64,000 bases of DNA, from contig CAMNSU010000001.1 of NCBI GenBank assembly GCA_946555455.1, positions 16,526 through 80,525 of the forward strand. The letters are read 5' to 3'. The DNA is from an uncultured Clostridia bacterium (GTDB lineage Bacteria; Bacillota; Clostridia; RUG12999). The stretch's first letter is position 1, and each line of letters opens with the position of its first letter. Positions 40,983 through 49,717 of this stretch are shown here, piece after piece. The position numbers were made by a program, and so were the translations under genes. The notes beneath the pieces are model-generated. The model had not been told where the DNA came from, did no database searches, and was given only the letters and a program-made list of their open reading frames with translations.

Positions 40983-41147
40983 TTATTTCCCTTCTTTCTC
41001 TTTCTTTTTCATATGTTCTACATGTCGCTTTAATACTAAATTGATGTATTGCGAAAAACTTCTGCTATTTTTGTCTGCCAAAATTCTAATATTTTCGTCT
41101 ACCTCTTCGTCAATGGTAATACTCACTTTCTTTTTCAAAGGCTTCAT
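40983..41147 (-). CDS. Ribbon-helix-helix small DNA-binding protein, 54 aa, paralog of the downstream gene; apparently leaderless
   Basis: MKPLKKKVSITIDEEVDENIRILADKNSRSFSQYINLVLKRHVEHMKKKEKEGK. The TATAAT -10 (41153-41158) lies only 5 nt upstream of the ATG. -35 TTGACA is 18 nt further upstream. Confidence 0.55.
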   Translation of the reverse strand: MKPLKKKVSITIDEEVDENIRILADKNSRSFSQYINLVLKRHVEHMKKKEKEGK

Positions 41148-41550
41148 TCTAAATTATACCATTAAATCGTCTTTTGTGTCAATAAGTCATATAGAGTAGT
41201 ATAAAATAATATCATATGGTATATTTATTCACTAAAAAGTGCGCAACTACTTGTTGATTTCCGGACGGAATTTCCCCATGACGCGTATATCCGCGAACTG
41301 GGGGAAGCGGTGGATATTCCCCTATCCACAAAAATAACGAATGCGCGAAAAGCAGCGTAAAGAAAAAAGATACCAGAGAAAAAGTAAGAGGGGGAGGTGC
41401 CGCAGGCGACGGAGGACATTTTTCGTTGGTACTTTTTTCCTTATGCGGTCGTGGAAAACGCCCCGCACCATCATCAACCGGCAGGACGTATCCGAAAACA
41501 GAATGAAAAAAAATGACTGAATTTGTCGGATATTTTTGGCGCTAAAACAC

Positions 41551-41590
41551 TTGACTTTATTTAGTCTCCGTGCTATTATAATGCAGTATC
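41551..41590 (+). promoter_or_regulatory. Strong sigma-A promoter (TTGACT-17-TATTATAAT) followed within about 15 nt by hairpin CCCGCG...CGCGGG plus T-run (41603-41642)
   Basis: Consensus -35 and extended -10 elements. Predicted transcript is about 50 nt unless read through. Confidence 0.55.
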
Positions 41591-41692
41591 AGTCTTTCCC
41601 GCGTTCGCTTTTTTGCGGCGCGGGTTCTCTTTTTTTAACAATAAGCGATATGCTGCTTTGTCCATTCCTTTCTATCTTTTGCGCAAAATCAA

Positions 41693-41748
41693 AAGGGACT
41701 GCAAACGAAACGCCCTAAAAACCGTTTCATTTGCAGTCCCTTTCTATA
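41693..41748. terminator. Long imperfect inverted repeat (GGGACTGCAAAcGAAACG/CGTTTCATTTGCAGTCCC), terminator for the convergent metallophosphoesterase gene
   Basis: 18-bp stem with one mismatch, followed by a T-rich tract on the minus strand. Confidence 0.6.
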
Positions 41749-41800
41749 GGGGAATACCACTTTTCTTGTGAAATCCCAATCTATCCCGCCACTCTGCGTA

Positions 41801-42526
41801 TCACACAGACGGCGGCGTAATATGATACTGGTGATATGTCGCCGCCGCGCCCTCCGCTTGAATTAACGCATAGCAAAACGGCGCTTCACACAAAGCCGCG
41901 CCGGTGAGATACATCACACCGCCGCTCTGCATGGGCGGCATACCGCGGTGCAAATGTCCGCTGACGGACAGCAACACATGGTGTTCTTCATAAAACCGCA
42001 TCATCTGTTCCGCTTCCGCCAAATTATAGGGATATTCGTCCTCAATAGGCGGATAAACAGGGCTGTGCTGAAATACAATGACCGGCTGCTCCGGCGGCAC
42101 TACCGCAAACAGTTCCTCCATTTTTGCCCAGTCGCGCTGTCCCGGAACGCCGGGGCGATAGCAATCTGAGAAGCCCAGCAAATAATAACCGCCTGCCGTG
42201 ACCGGCTGCGTTTCGTCCGCAAACATATTTTGGAACAATTTCTCCGGCGCGTCATGATTGCCGCGCACCACCAAAACCGGTTTGTTCTGCGCTTTCATAA
42301 TTTGTTTCAGTTCCAGCAAATCTTCCTCTGCACCCGCGGCGTTGCCGTTGTCCGTAAGGTCGCCGCCCAGCACAATAACGTCATATGCTTCCGCCGGCAC
42401 TTGTTCAAACACTTGTTTTAACAACGTCGCCGCCAAATGTGTCTGCCTGACGGCAACATTGCAGGTATGCTCCGCCTTGCCGATATAATGCAAATCAGTG
42501 AGAAACAGTATCCGTAATTTTTCCAT
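41801..42526 (-). CDS. Metallophosphoesterase (calcineurin-like), cytoplasmic
   Basis: DxH(x)nGDxxD(x)nGNH[DE] motifs (LTDLHY...GGDLTDNG...RGNHD). Confidence 0.75.
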   Translation of the reverse strand: MEKLRILFLTDLHYIGKAEHTCNVAVRQTHLAATLLKQVFEQVPAEAYDVIVLGGDLTDNGNAAGAEEDLLELKQIMKAQNKPVLVVRGNHDAPEKLFQNMFADETQPVTAGGYYLLGFSDCYRPGVPGQRDWAKMEELFAVVPPEQPVIVFQHSPVYPPIEDEYPYNLAEAEQMMRFYEEHHVLLSVSGHLHRGMPPMQSGGVMYLTGAALCEAPFCYALIQAEGAAATYHQYHITPPSV

Positions 42527-42839
42527 ATTTAGGCTTCATTCCCCTCTGTAAAAACTCATTTTTCTCTGTTTTAGAACCATTTCTGCGAATCGTTTCATTT
42601 TCAGCAGTATCTCATCTTACCGTATTGGCACATAACCGACTTGCTCTATCAAACATTGCCCTTCTTCGGACAATATCCATCATGTTTTGCAGATCTGTTT
42701 GACTCCCCGACCTTTCCGGTCACCGGAACGCGATAATATTCGCCCGTCTGCTGGTTCAGTATTACCCAATGTGCCATATGAATGGTATATTTTCTTTGTT
42801 TCTGCGGCACCTATTTATACTTTTATTCATAAATATATA

Positions 42840-43508
42840 TCACGATATCGCTTTATCGTTGATTGTTTTTAGCGTCCGATATAGTTCCAATCCTTTTGTT
42901 CTGCCGAATATTTTCAGCGCCGTCAGATAGATTCCTCTGCCCGTCACGCCGTTTGCCGAAACAAAATCCATCATCAAATTCAATTTATCCGCATATTCCG
43001 CGCTTCCGCAAACCTGATGCAGTGCACGATAGATTCGTCGTTCCTCCAAAAACCGTTGATAGGTTTCCTCCAAATCCGCCGATTGCAGTTCCTTTTGAAT
43101 GTGGTGTCTTCTCTGTGAATTTTCGTTTAATGCAATAATACTTTCCTCGATATTTTGACGCATAACAACATTCCGACTTGGATTTGCGCATTGACTCCAA
43201 TAATCACAGACAGCCCGAAAATCCTTGTCTTTGCTGACAATGGCAACGTCTCCCTGATATCCGCTGCCATATAATTCTCCAATTTTCCCTGCTATGTAGA
43301 AATCAAGCGCATTTTTTCCGGACCGGACAAGTTTACAGATATCTATTTTACAGCCGGATTCAAATATTTTCCGAAGTTTGCCATATGCAACATTTTTACT
43401 GTTCTGGCTAAAAAAGAAAGTGATATTGTCCTGTGGACACAAATATTCCGCGCCCCTTAATCCGGCGCTGTGTGTATTTTCCAAATCTATCATAAAATAA
43501 ATCATCAT
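42840..43508 (-). CDS. NYN-domain (PIN-like RNase fold) protein with C-terminal helical/LOTUS-like region
   Basis: NYN-type acidic motifs FMIDLEN, GKNALDFYIAG and DVAIVSKDKDF. AT-rich context. Confidence 0.5.
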   Translation of the reverse strand: MMIYFMIDLENTHSAGLRGAEYLCPQDNITFFFSQNSKNVAYGKLRKIFESGCKIDICKLVRSGKNALDFYIAGKIGELYGSGYQGDVAIVSKDKDFRAVCDYWSQCANPSRNVVMRQNIEESIIALNENSQRRHHIQKELQSADLEETYQRFLEERRIYRALHQVCGSAEYADKLNLMMDFVSANGVTGRGIYLTALKIFGRTKGLELYRTLKTINDKAIS

Positions 43509-43756
43509 GCACTTCCCCTTTATGGAAAAATTTATGTCGTCTATCCTATAACAGTCAGTCTCTCTTCTTTCATGGAACAGCAGAAAATGAATCCATTTAT
43601 AAAAACACTGTTTACATTACCCATCTCGCTGTACACTTTACAGTTGCAGTATATCCTATCTTTAAACTGCTACATTTTTATTGTACATCAGTCCATCAGC
43701 AATGTCAACAGAATTTTATTTTAAACGCATACATGCAACACATTTCATACAAACGA

Positions 43757-43790
43757 AAAAATCCTATCTTACGACAGGATTTTTTTGTTT
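43757..43790. terminator. Bidirectional intrinsic terminator (AAAAAATCCTaTCttacgaCaGGATTTTTTTG)
   Basis: Stem flanked by A- and T-runs. Ends the DcdV-like/zinc-ribbon transcript. Confidence 0.65.
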
Positions 43791-43970
43791 GGGAAAGCCG
43801 AATGGTTTAGATGCCATTGGTTTTCATAAGTTATCTTCTTTGCTGAAAAATATTTTTTAAACAGTAAAACATCAATATTAAATTTATGTGTTATAATGTT
43901 CATATAATAAACAAAATTCAGTTTTTTTATATTTCATTGTTCTCAAATCCCTATAATTTTTATTTAACGA

Positions 43971-44153
43971 TTACACTTTACTTAAAGCATATTTCTTTTG
44001 ATTCGTAATGTCTTTTTTCTCAAAACATGAATATTTTTTAGAATCTTTTCTGGATATCATTTCACTTACCCAAGAACATTTTGTACATGTTACTCTTCCA
44101 TAATACGCATTGTACTCTGCAATGCTACCACATCTTTGACAAATTGTACACAT
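43971..44153 (-). CDS. 60-aa Cys4 zinc-ribbon protein, translationally coupled to the upstream DcdV-like gene
   Basis: CTICQRC...CTKC motif. RBS AAAGGAG 8 nt upstream of ATG 44153. 24-nt gap to the previous stop. Confidence 0.55.
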   Translation of the reverse strand: MCTICQRCGSIAEYNAYYGRVTCTKCSWVSEMISRKDSKKYSCFEKKDITNQKKYALSKV

Positions 44154-44177
44154 AATAATTACTCCTTTAAATTATAA

Positions 44178-45338
44178 TCATGCTTCATATTTGAAAAACT
44201 TAAAAAACGCTCTAAAGGTAACGCCTTCAAATGACTCCGTTTCAACTCCGCCTTTTTTTAAAATCTCTTTTGCTTCCTCAACGGGATATGGTTCAAAATA
44301 AACCACCTTTTTAATTCCTGCTTGAACAATCTTGTTTGCACATAGATTACATGGATATGTAGTAACATATATGGTAGAATCTGTTAAATCCACTCCTCTG
44401 CCCACCAAGTTCATGATTGCATTTTCCTCACCATGTAATGCTCTACATTTCTCTAATAATTTAATTTTCCCCTTAACCAGTTCTACAGCAGTATCTTCAC
44501 TTTCCAGTTGGAGTTCTCCGCACAATTCTTTTGCTAATCTTTCTCGTTCAATATCCCTGTAGCACTCACCTTTCATCGTTATGCATTCTTGGAGGGTTCG
44601 GGGAACGCCATTAAATCCAGAACTTATAATTCGATCATACTTATCAGCTATCACTGCCCCAACTTTTCTTTTAATACACTTAGAACGTCTGCCGCTTGTA
44701 TATGCCGCCGCCATCAATGTCTCCACCAAGGTTGGATTTGAGTTTATCGGTTCATCTAAAGATTTTAAATATGCCGTTATTTTAGAGTCCATTTCTTTAT
44801 ACGCTTCATTTGGATTTCCCGGATTAATCTCTTTATTATTAGATAATATTAAATCAGATTCAAAAAAACAATCTGAAATTTTTTGCCCATATTTAGGTTC
44901 TGTCTTCCCTTGATCTTTCCTTTCGTCAGCATCAAACAAATCCTTTGAGCCATTATATGTTTCTCTTACTCTTCCCCATCTAACATCATATTCCGCAAAA
45001 ATTCCTATTAAGATAAATTCGGTGTGGTTTTCTCTAAAATAATTTATCTCTGCCGGATTTCGTATACTTTCAATCACAAAGTTACTTTGAGAATCTTTAG
45101 CTATAATTTTATCAACTTCTTTAGCTAATATACTGGGATCATCCTCTCTTAACCTATTTCCAAACTCTTGCAGTGCTTTACGATTAGGAGCGTCTTCTCC
45201 ATGTTTTTCTTTATATTTTTCTCTTAAAAATTTAGATAATGAACAACATTCATACCCCTTGTTTTTAAAAAAATGCTCCGCTAAAAAACTGACCCCGCTG
45301 CCAAAAGCACCTGTTAAACCAATGATTTTCCGTCCCAT
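44178..45338 (-). CDS. P-loop kinase-like domain fused to dCMP/dCTP deaminase domain (DcdV / dCTP-deaminase defence-like)
   Basis: N-terminal IIGLTGAFGSGVS, a CoaE-like P-loop with Lys replaced by Val. C-terminal CMP/dCMP deaminase motifs VGAVIA..GFNGVP, HGEENAI and PCNLCA. Promoter TTGAAA-17-TAAAAT and RBS AAGGGTGGTGA upstream. Confidence 0.65.
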   Translation of the reverse strand: MGRKIIGLTGAFGSGVSFLAEHFFKNKGYECCSLSKFLREKYKEKHGEDAPNRKALQEFGNRLREDDPSILAKEVDKIIAKDSQSNFVIESIRNPAEINYFRENHTEFILIGIFAEYDVRWGRVRETYNGSKDLFDADERKDQGKTEPKYGQKISDCFFESDLILSNNKEINPGNPNEAYKEMDSKITAYLKSLDEPINSNPTLVETLMAAAYTSGRRSKCIKRKVGAVIADKYDRIISSGFNGVPRTLQECITMKGECYRDIERERLAKELCGELQLESEDTAVELVKGKIKLLEKCRALHGEENAIMNLVGRGVDLTDSTIYVTTYPCNLCANKIVQAGIKKVVYFEPYPVEEAKEILKKGGVETESFEGVTFRAFFKFFKYEA

Positions 45339-45627
45339 GTATATTTCACCACCCTTGTTGCATAAATTTTATCATAATCGGTAATATTTTTCAATAGAAA
45401 ATTAATAATTTATAATATTTATACAATAAATTTCTAAATATACTTAGCAAACTTTAATTTATATTATATTTATTATTCAATTTTTTAAACATCACTATTA
45501 TGTTGTTTTAATTCTCCTATTCTCCTTGTCCATCTTCATTCCGTTTGTTAAATCTGTATATTCTAATTTGCATATAAAAAGCGACAAACATCATTATAAG
45601 CATGTTATAAATAACGTTTGTCGCTTT

Positions 45628-45704
45628 TGGTGGATCCTCGGGGACTCGAACCCTGGACCGTCCGGTTATGAGCCGGATGCTCTAACCAACTGAGCTAAGG
45701 ATCC
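45628..45704 (-). tRNA. tRNA-Met (CAT anticodon; Ile2/lysidine type not excluded)
   Basis: Minus-strand read GGATCCTTAGCTCAGTTGGTTAGAGCATCCGGCTCATAACCGGACGGTCCAGGGTTCGAGTCCCCGAGGATCCACCA folds as a cloverleaf with a 7-bp acceptor stem, CAT anticodon and encoded CCA. A terminator-like hairpin GCGACAAAC...GTTTGTCGC lies downstream at 45590-45627. Confidence 0.85.
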
Positions 45705-45879
45705 CTATTCAATTTTTACCTATCTATTATACCAGTTCCGGCAGCATTTGTCAATGTTTTTTTGGAAGATTCCCATATGTAGGCAAAGAAATGGGACAGG
45801 CAAACAAAAGTCGAATCTCCTGATTCACAAAAAATGGGGTATACCAATTCCGTATACCCCATGCGTATTTACCAAAACA

Positions 45880-46002
45880 CTACCGGAACACTTTGCGCAG
45901 CGCTAAAATACAAAGATATATAACTGCAATCACCAGAAAAATCATGAGCATCCCTTTTCCCATCATGGGAAGCGTCTGCAAAAACAATTCTACTTGGAAC
46001 AT
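45880..46002 (-). CDS. OadG-like small membrane protein (sodium-pump decarboxylase gamma subunit), 40 aa (below ORF-track cutoff)
   Basis: MFQVELFLQTLPMMGKGMLMIFLVIAVIYLCILALRKVFR immediately after the oadB stop. Confidence 0.5.
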   Translation of the reverse strand: MFQVELFLQTLPMMGKGMLMIFLVIAVIYLCILALRKVFR

Positions 46003-46003
46003 C

Positions 46004-47143
46004 TTATAACACCGCCTCTACCAACATAATAATGAGTCCGCCGGCAATGACCGACGCAATCTGTCCGCCGACATTTGCGCCCGCCGCGTGCATGAGCAAA
46101 TGGTTCTCCGGATCCTCTTGAATCCCCATCTTGTGAATCACGCGCGCCGACATGGGAAACGCCGAAATCCCCGCCGCGCCAATCATGGGATTTACCTTTT
46201 TCTTGGTGAACAAGTTCATCAGTTTTGCAAACAAAACGCCGCCCACCGTATCAAAAATGAACGCAATCAGCCCCAGCAGCAAAATCATGAGCGTTTCCTT
46301 GGTTAAAAACATGCTTGCCTGCATTTTTGCCGCAACCGTAATCCCAAGCAGCAGCGTAATCAGGTTTGCGAGTTCCTTTTGCGCGCTTTCCGACAGGGAA
46401 CGCAGCACGCCGCACTCACGAATCAAATTGCCGAACATCAAAAAACCAATCAATGCAACAGACCGCGGCGCAACAATACCGGCAATGACCGTAATGATAA
46501 TCGGGAACAGGACTTTCACAATCTGCGGTACCTCGTTGCCGCTGTATCCCATACGGATTTTCCGTTCTTTTTTTGTGGTAATGCAGCGGATAACCGCAGG
46601 CTGGATAATGGGTACCAACGCCATATAGGAATATGCCGCTACGATAATAGGCCCGATGTACTTGCTGCTGAAATAGTTTGCCACGAAAATGGAAGTCGGC
46701 CCGTCCGCCGCGCCAATAATCGCAATAGACGCCGCGTCGCGGATATCAAACCCAAAGAGCGCCGCAACCGACAGCGTAAAGAAAATGCCAAACTGCGCCG
46801 CCGCGCCGAACAGCAGCATTTTCGGATTGGACAACAACGGCCCAAAATCAATCATTGCCCCAATTCCGATAAATAATAATAATGGGAATAACTCGTTGGC
46901 AATACCGGAGTTAAACAACACGTCCAGCACGCCCGGCTCCACTGCGCCGTGAATAGTCTGGGTAATCGCGCCCGACATGGGCAGGTTGACCAAAATTGCT
47001 CCAAATCCAATGGGGAGAAGCAACGACGGTTCCATATCCTTTTTAATCGCCAAATAAATTAGCAGCGCGCCAATTGCCCACATAACGACGCTTTGCCATG
47101 TGATGTTTGCAAAATTACTGAAAAATTCTGCCACCTCGTCCAC
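46004..47143 (-). CDS. oadB: Na+-translocating decarboxylase beta subunit (OadB/GcdB/MmdB family)
   Basis: 379-aa polytopic protein with the conserved OadB-family core. Confidence 0.85.
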   Translation of the reverse strand: MDEVAEFFSNFANITWQSVVMWAIGALLIYLAIKKDMEPSLLLPIGFGAILVNLPMSGAITQTIHGAVEPGVLDVLFNSGIANELFPLLLFIGIGAMIDFGPLLSNPKMLLFGAAAQFGIFFTLSVAALFGFDIRDAASIAIIGAADGPTSIFVANYFSSKYIGPIIVAAYSYMALVPIIQPAVIRCITTKKERKIRMGYSGNEVPQIVKVLFPIIITVIAGIVAPRSVALIGFLMFGNLIRECGVLRSLSESAQKELANLITLLLGITVAAKMQASMFLTKETLMILLLGLIAFIFDTVGGVLFAKLMNLFTKKKVNPMIGAAGISAFPMSARVIHKMGIQEDPENHLLMHAAGANVGGQIASVIAGGLIIMLVEAVL

Positions 47144-47206
47144 ACCTTTCTCTGAAATTGATGATACTGTCTTTTGATTAGTCTATGCAAAACTGCGAAA
47201 TCCACA

Positions 47207-47270
47207 CCTTTTTCTATAAAAAAAGAGACTTCACGTTTCACAGACGAATCCCTGAGAAACGAAAAGTCTC
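47207..47270 (-). terminator. Intrinsic terminator after proS (nested hairpin GAGACTT...AAGTCTC plus T-run)
   Basis: Minus-strand hairpin followed by TTTTTTTAT. Confidence 0.6.
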
Positions 47271-47504
47271 GCTTTTTACTGTACGCACCGGATTATGCTT
47301 TCCATAATCGTGATGACGAAACGCACCGCGCCAAAACCGGCGCCAAGCTACTCCCTTTTCCATACCAATAGTATACAAAAAAAGGAGAGAATTGTCAAGA
47401 GGGAAATGTTTTGTGGGCGAGGTACTTACTGTAGTCCACCGTGTCAATCGTCACAAACTTTTTTCCCAAATATGGAGAAACCGTATCAATGGATATGCGG
47501 TGGA

Positions 47505-49211
47505 TTATCCCAGTTGTCCTTTGATGTAATCCACTGCTTTTTTTACCGCTTCTTCCGGCGACAGTTCCAGTTTTTCGTCCGCTGTGCGTTCAACATATTC
47601 CACAATGCCGTCTCCGGAACTTCTGCCGGCAGTGATACGCACCGGAAATCCCATCAGTTCTGCATCTTTGAATTTCACGCCGGCACGTTCTGCGCGGTCG
47701 TCCAGAACCGCTTCAATGCCTTGCGCCAAAAGCTGTTCATACATCTGTTCCGCCAGCTGCATCTGCACCTCGTCTTTGTTGTTTGCAGGCACCACCACCA
47801 CATGATAAGGGGCAACGCTTACCGGCCACACAATCCCTTTTTCGTCGCTGTATTGTTCAATCACGGCAGCGAGACAACGGCTGACGCCGATACCATAGCA
47901 GCCCATCACAACGACGTTGGATTTTCCGTTTTCGTCCAGCACTGCCGCATTCAAGGCTTTGGAATACTTGGTGCCCAGTTTGAAAATATGTCCCACTTCC
48001 ACGCCCTGCGCTGTGCCAATTGGTTTGCCGCAGTGCGGGCACGCGTCGCCTGTCACAATAGTGCGCAAATCCAGCACTGCCGTCGGCGTGAAATCGCGGT
48101 TCAACTGTACGTTTTTATAATGATAGTCCGTTTCGTTTGCGCCGACCACAAAATTCTGCATTTGTTCCACTTCGCTGTCCATCAGCAAATCGCAGGAAAT
48201 GCCGATGGGTCCTGCGAACCCAACCGCCGCATGTGTCACTTCCTGCACCACTGCCGGTTCCGCCAATGCGAGTTCCTGACAGTTCAAATAGTTTTTCAGT
48301 TTCACTTCGTTCACTTCGCGGTCGCCGCGCACCATCACGGCAACCGGTTTTTCGTCCGCCGTATAGACAATGGTTTTCACGAACAATTCCGCGCCGCAGT
48401 TCATATATTGCTGCAATTCTTCAATCGTTTTCACATTGGGCGTGTGTATTTTTTCCAGCGGCAAATCTCCTGCCGGACACTCCACTTTAGTCGGTATGCA
48501 GGGTGCTTTTTCACTGTTTGCCGCATAGCCGCACGCATCACAAAACGCAATGGTATCTTCGCCCACTTCGCTTTTCACCATGAATTCCTGACTGCCGCTG
48601 CCGCCCATTGCGCCGGAATCTGCGTCCACCACAATGTAATCCAGTTTCATTGTGTCAAACGCCTGACAGTAGGCTGCATACATATTCTGATAGCTTTTAT
48701 CCAGCCCTGCTTCGTCTTTGTCAAAGCTATAGGCGTCTTTCATGATAAATTCGCGGCTGCGCATCACGCCGAACCGTGGACGGCGTTCGTCGCGGTATTT
48801 CGTTTGAATCTGGTATATGGTCATGGGGAGCGCTTTATAGGATTTCACTTCGTTTTTCACCAGTTCCGTGAACACTTCTTCATGCGTTGGTCCCAGACAA
48901 AAATCACGTTCTCCGCGGTCTTTCAGCCGGAACATATCGGGACCAAACACTTCCCAGCGTCCCGACGCCTGATAGGTCTCCGCCGGCAGCAGCGCCGGCA
49001 TTAAAACCTCCAGCGCACCATGCGAATCCATGGCGTCCCGAATGATTTGTTCCACTTTACGCAAAGACCGCAATCCCAGCGGCAGCCACGAGTAAATCCC
49101 CGCTGCATTTTTACGCATCAAGCCTGCCCGCAGCATGAGTTGATGGCTTTTGATTTCCGCTTCCGCCGGCACCTCCCGCAAGGTGGCGACCAACATCTTT
49201 GACATTTTCAT
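47505..49211 (-). CDS. proS: Prolyl-tRNA synthetase
   Basis: Canonical class II ProRS. True start [19 protein letters not shown] at 49211; the listed ORF extends to 49367. Confidence 0.95.
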   Translation of the reverse strand: MKMSKMLVATLREVPAEAEIKSHQLMLRAGLMRKNAAGIYSWLPLGLRSLRKVEQIIRDAMDSHGALEVLMPALLPAETYQASGRWEVFGPDMFRLKDRGERDFCLGPTHEEVFTELVKNEVKSYKALPMTIYQIQTKYRDERRPRFGVMRSREFIMKDAYSFDKDEAGLDKSYQNMYAAYCQAFDTMKLDYIVVDADSGAMGGSGSQEFMVKSEVGEDTIAFCDACGYAANSEKAPCIPTKVECPAGDLPLEKIHTPNVKTIEELQQYMNCGAELFVKTIVYTADEKPVAVMVRGDREVNEVKLKNYLNCQELALAEPAVVQEVTHAAVGFAGPIGISCDLLMDSEVEQMQNFVVGANETDYHYKNVQLNRDFTPTAVLDLRTIVTGDACPHCGKPIGTAQGVEVGHIFKLGTKYSKALNAAVLDENGKSNVVVMGCYGIGVSRCLAAVIEQYSDEKGIVWPVSVAPYHVVVVPANNKDEVQMQLAEQMYEQLLAQGIEAVLDDRAERAGVKFKDAELMGFPVRITAGRSSGDGIVEYVERTADEKLELSPEEAVKKAVDYIKGQLG

Positions 49212-49219
49212 ATCCTGTT

Positions 49220-49702
49220 CTACATCCTTTCTTTCCGTTCTATCAAAACCACAGCCAACGCGCTGATTCCTTCTTCCCTGCCGATGGATCCCAGCCGTTC
49301 TGTCGTCGTTGCTTTCACAGAAACGCTGCCGGTTTCCAAACCTATCTCCTGCGCAATGTTGCTGCACATTTGCGGCAGGTACGGCATGAGTTTCGGGCGC
49401 TGCGCTATGATAATACTGTCAATATTCACCACAGCATAGCCTTCGTTTTCCAAAAGCGCCGCCGTGTGCTGTAACAATTTCATGGAGGAAATGCCGCGGT
49501 ATGCTTCGTCCGTATCGGGAAAATGCTGTCCGATATCGCCCAGCGCCGCCGCGCCCAGCATGGCGTCCATAATCGCGTGCAGCAGTACGTCTGCATCCGA
49601 ATGACCGTCCAGCCCTTTTTCATGTGGAATTTCCACGCCGCCCAATATCAGTTTACGTCCCGCCGCAAAACGGTGTACGTCATATCCGTTTCCAATCCGC
49701 AT
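49220..49702 (-). CDS. ispF: 2-C-methyl-D-erythritol 2,4-cyclodiphosphate synthase
   Basis: [12 protein letters not shown]...[11 protein letters not shown] canonical IspF. Confidence 0.95.
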   Translation of the reverse strand: MRIGNGYDVHRFAAGRKLILGGVEIPHEKGLDGHSDADVLLHAIMDAMLGAAALGDIGQHFPDTDEAYRGISSMKLLQHTAALLENEGYAVVNIDSIIIAQRPKLMPYLPQMCSNIAQEIGLETGSVSVKATTTERLGSIGREEGISALAVVLIERKERM

Positions 49703-49717
49703 GATATCCCTCCCGCT

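Noticed and set aside
41250-41350. Possible C-terminal remnant of a larger gene (frame reading ...DFRTEFPHDAYIRELGEAVDIPLSTKITNARKAA*)
   Set aside because: No start codon, no RBS, only about 40 codons, and no recognisable family. It cannot be supported as a gene or pseudogene from sequence alone.
45628-45704. Integrase or att repeat flanking the tRNA-Met
   Set aside because: No tyrosine/serine recombinase ORF is within the window near the tRNA, and I could not find a second copy of the tRNA 3' segment by eye. The island hypothesis is kept only as inference.
47295-49004. 569-aa plus-strand ORF
   Set aside because: Entirely antisense to the well-supported prolyl-tRNA synthetase gene. Low-complexity His/Phe/Cys-rich translation typical of an antisense frame in a GC-rich gene.
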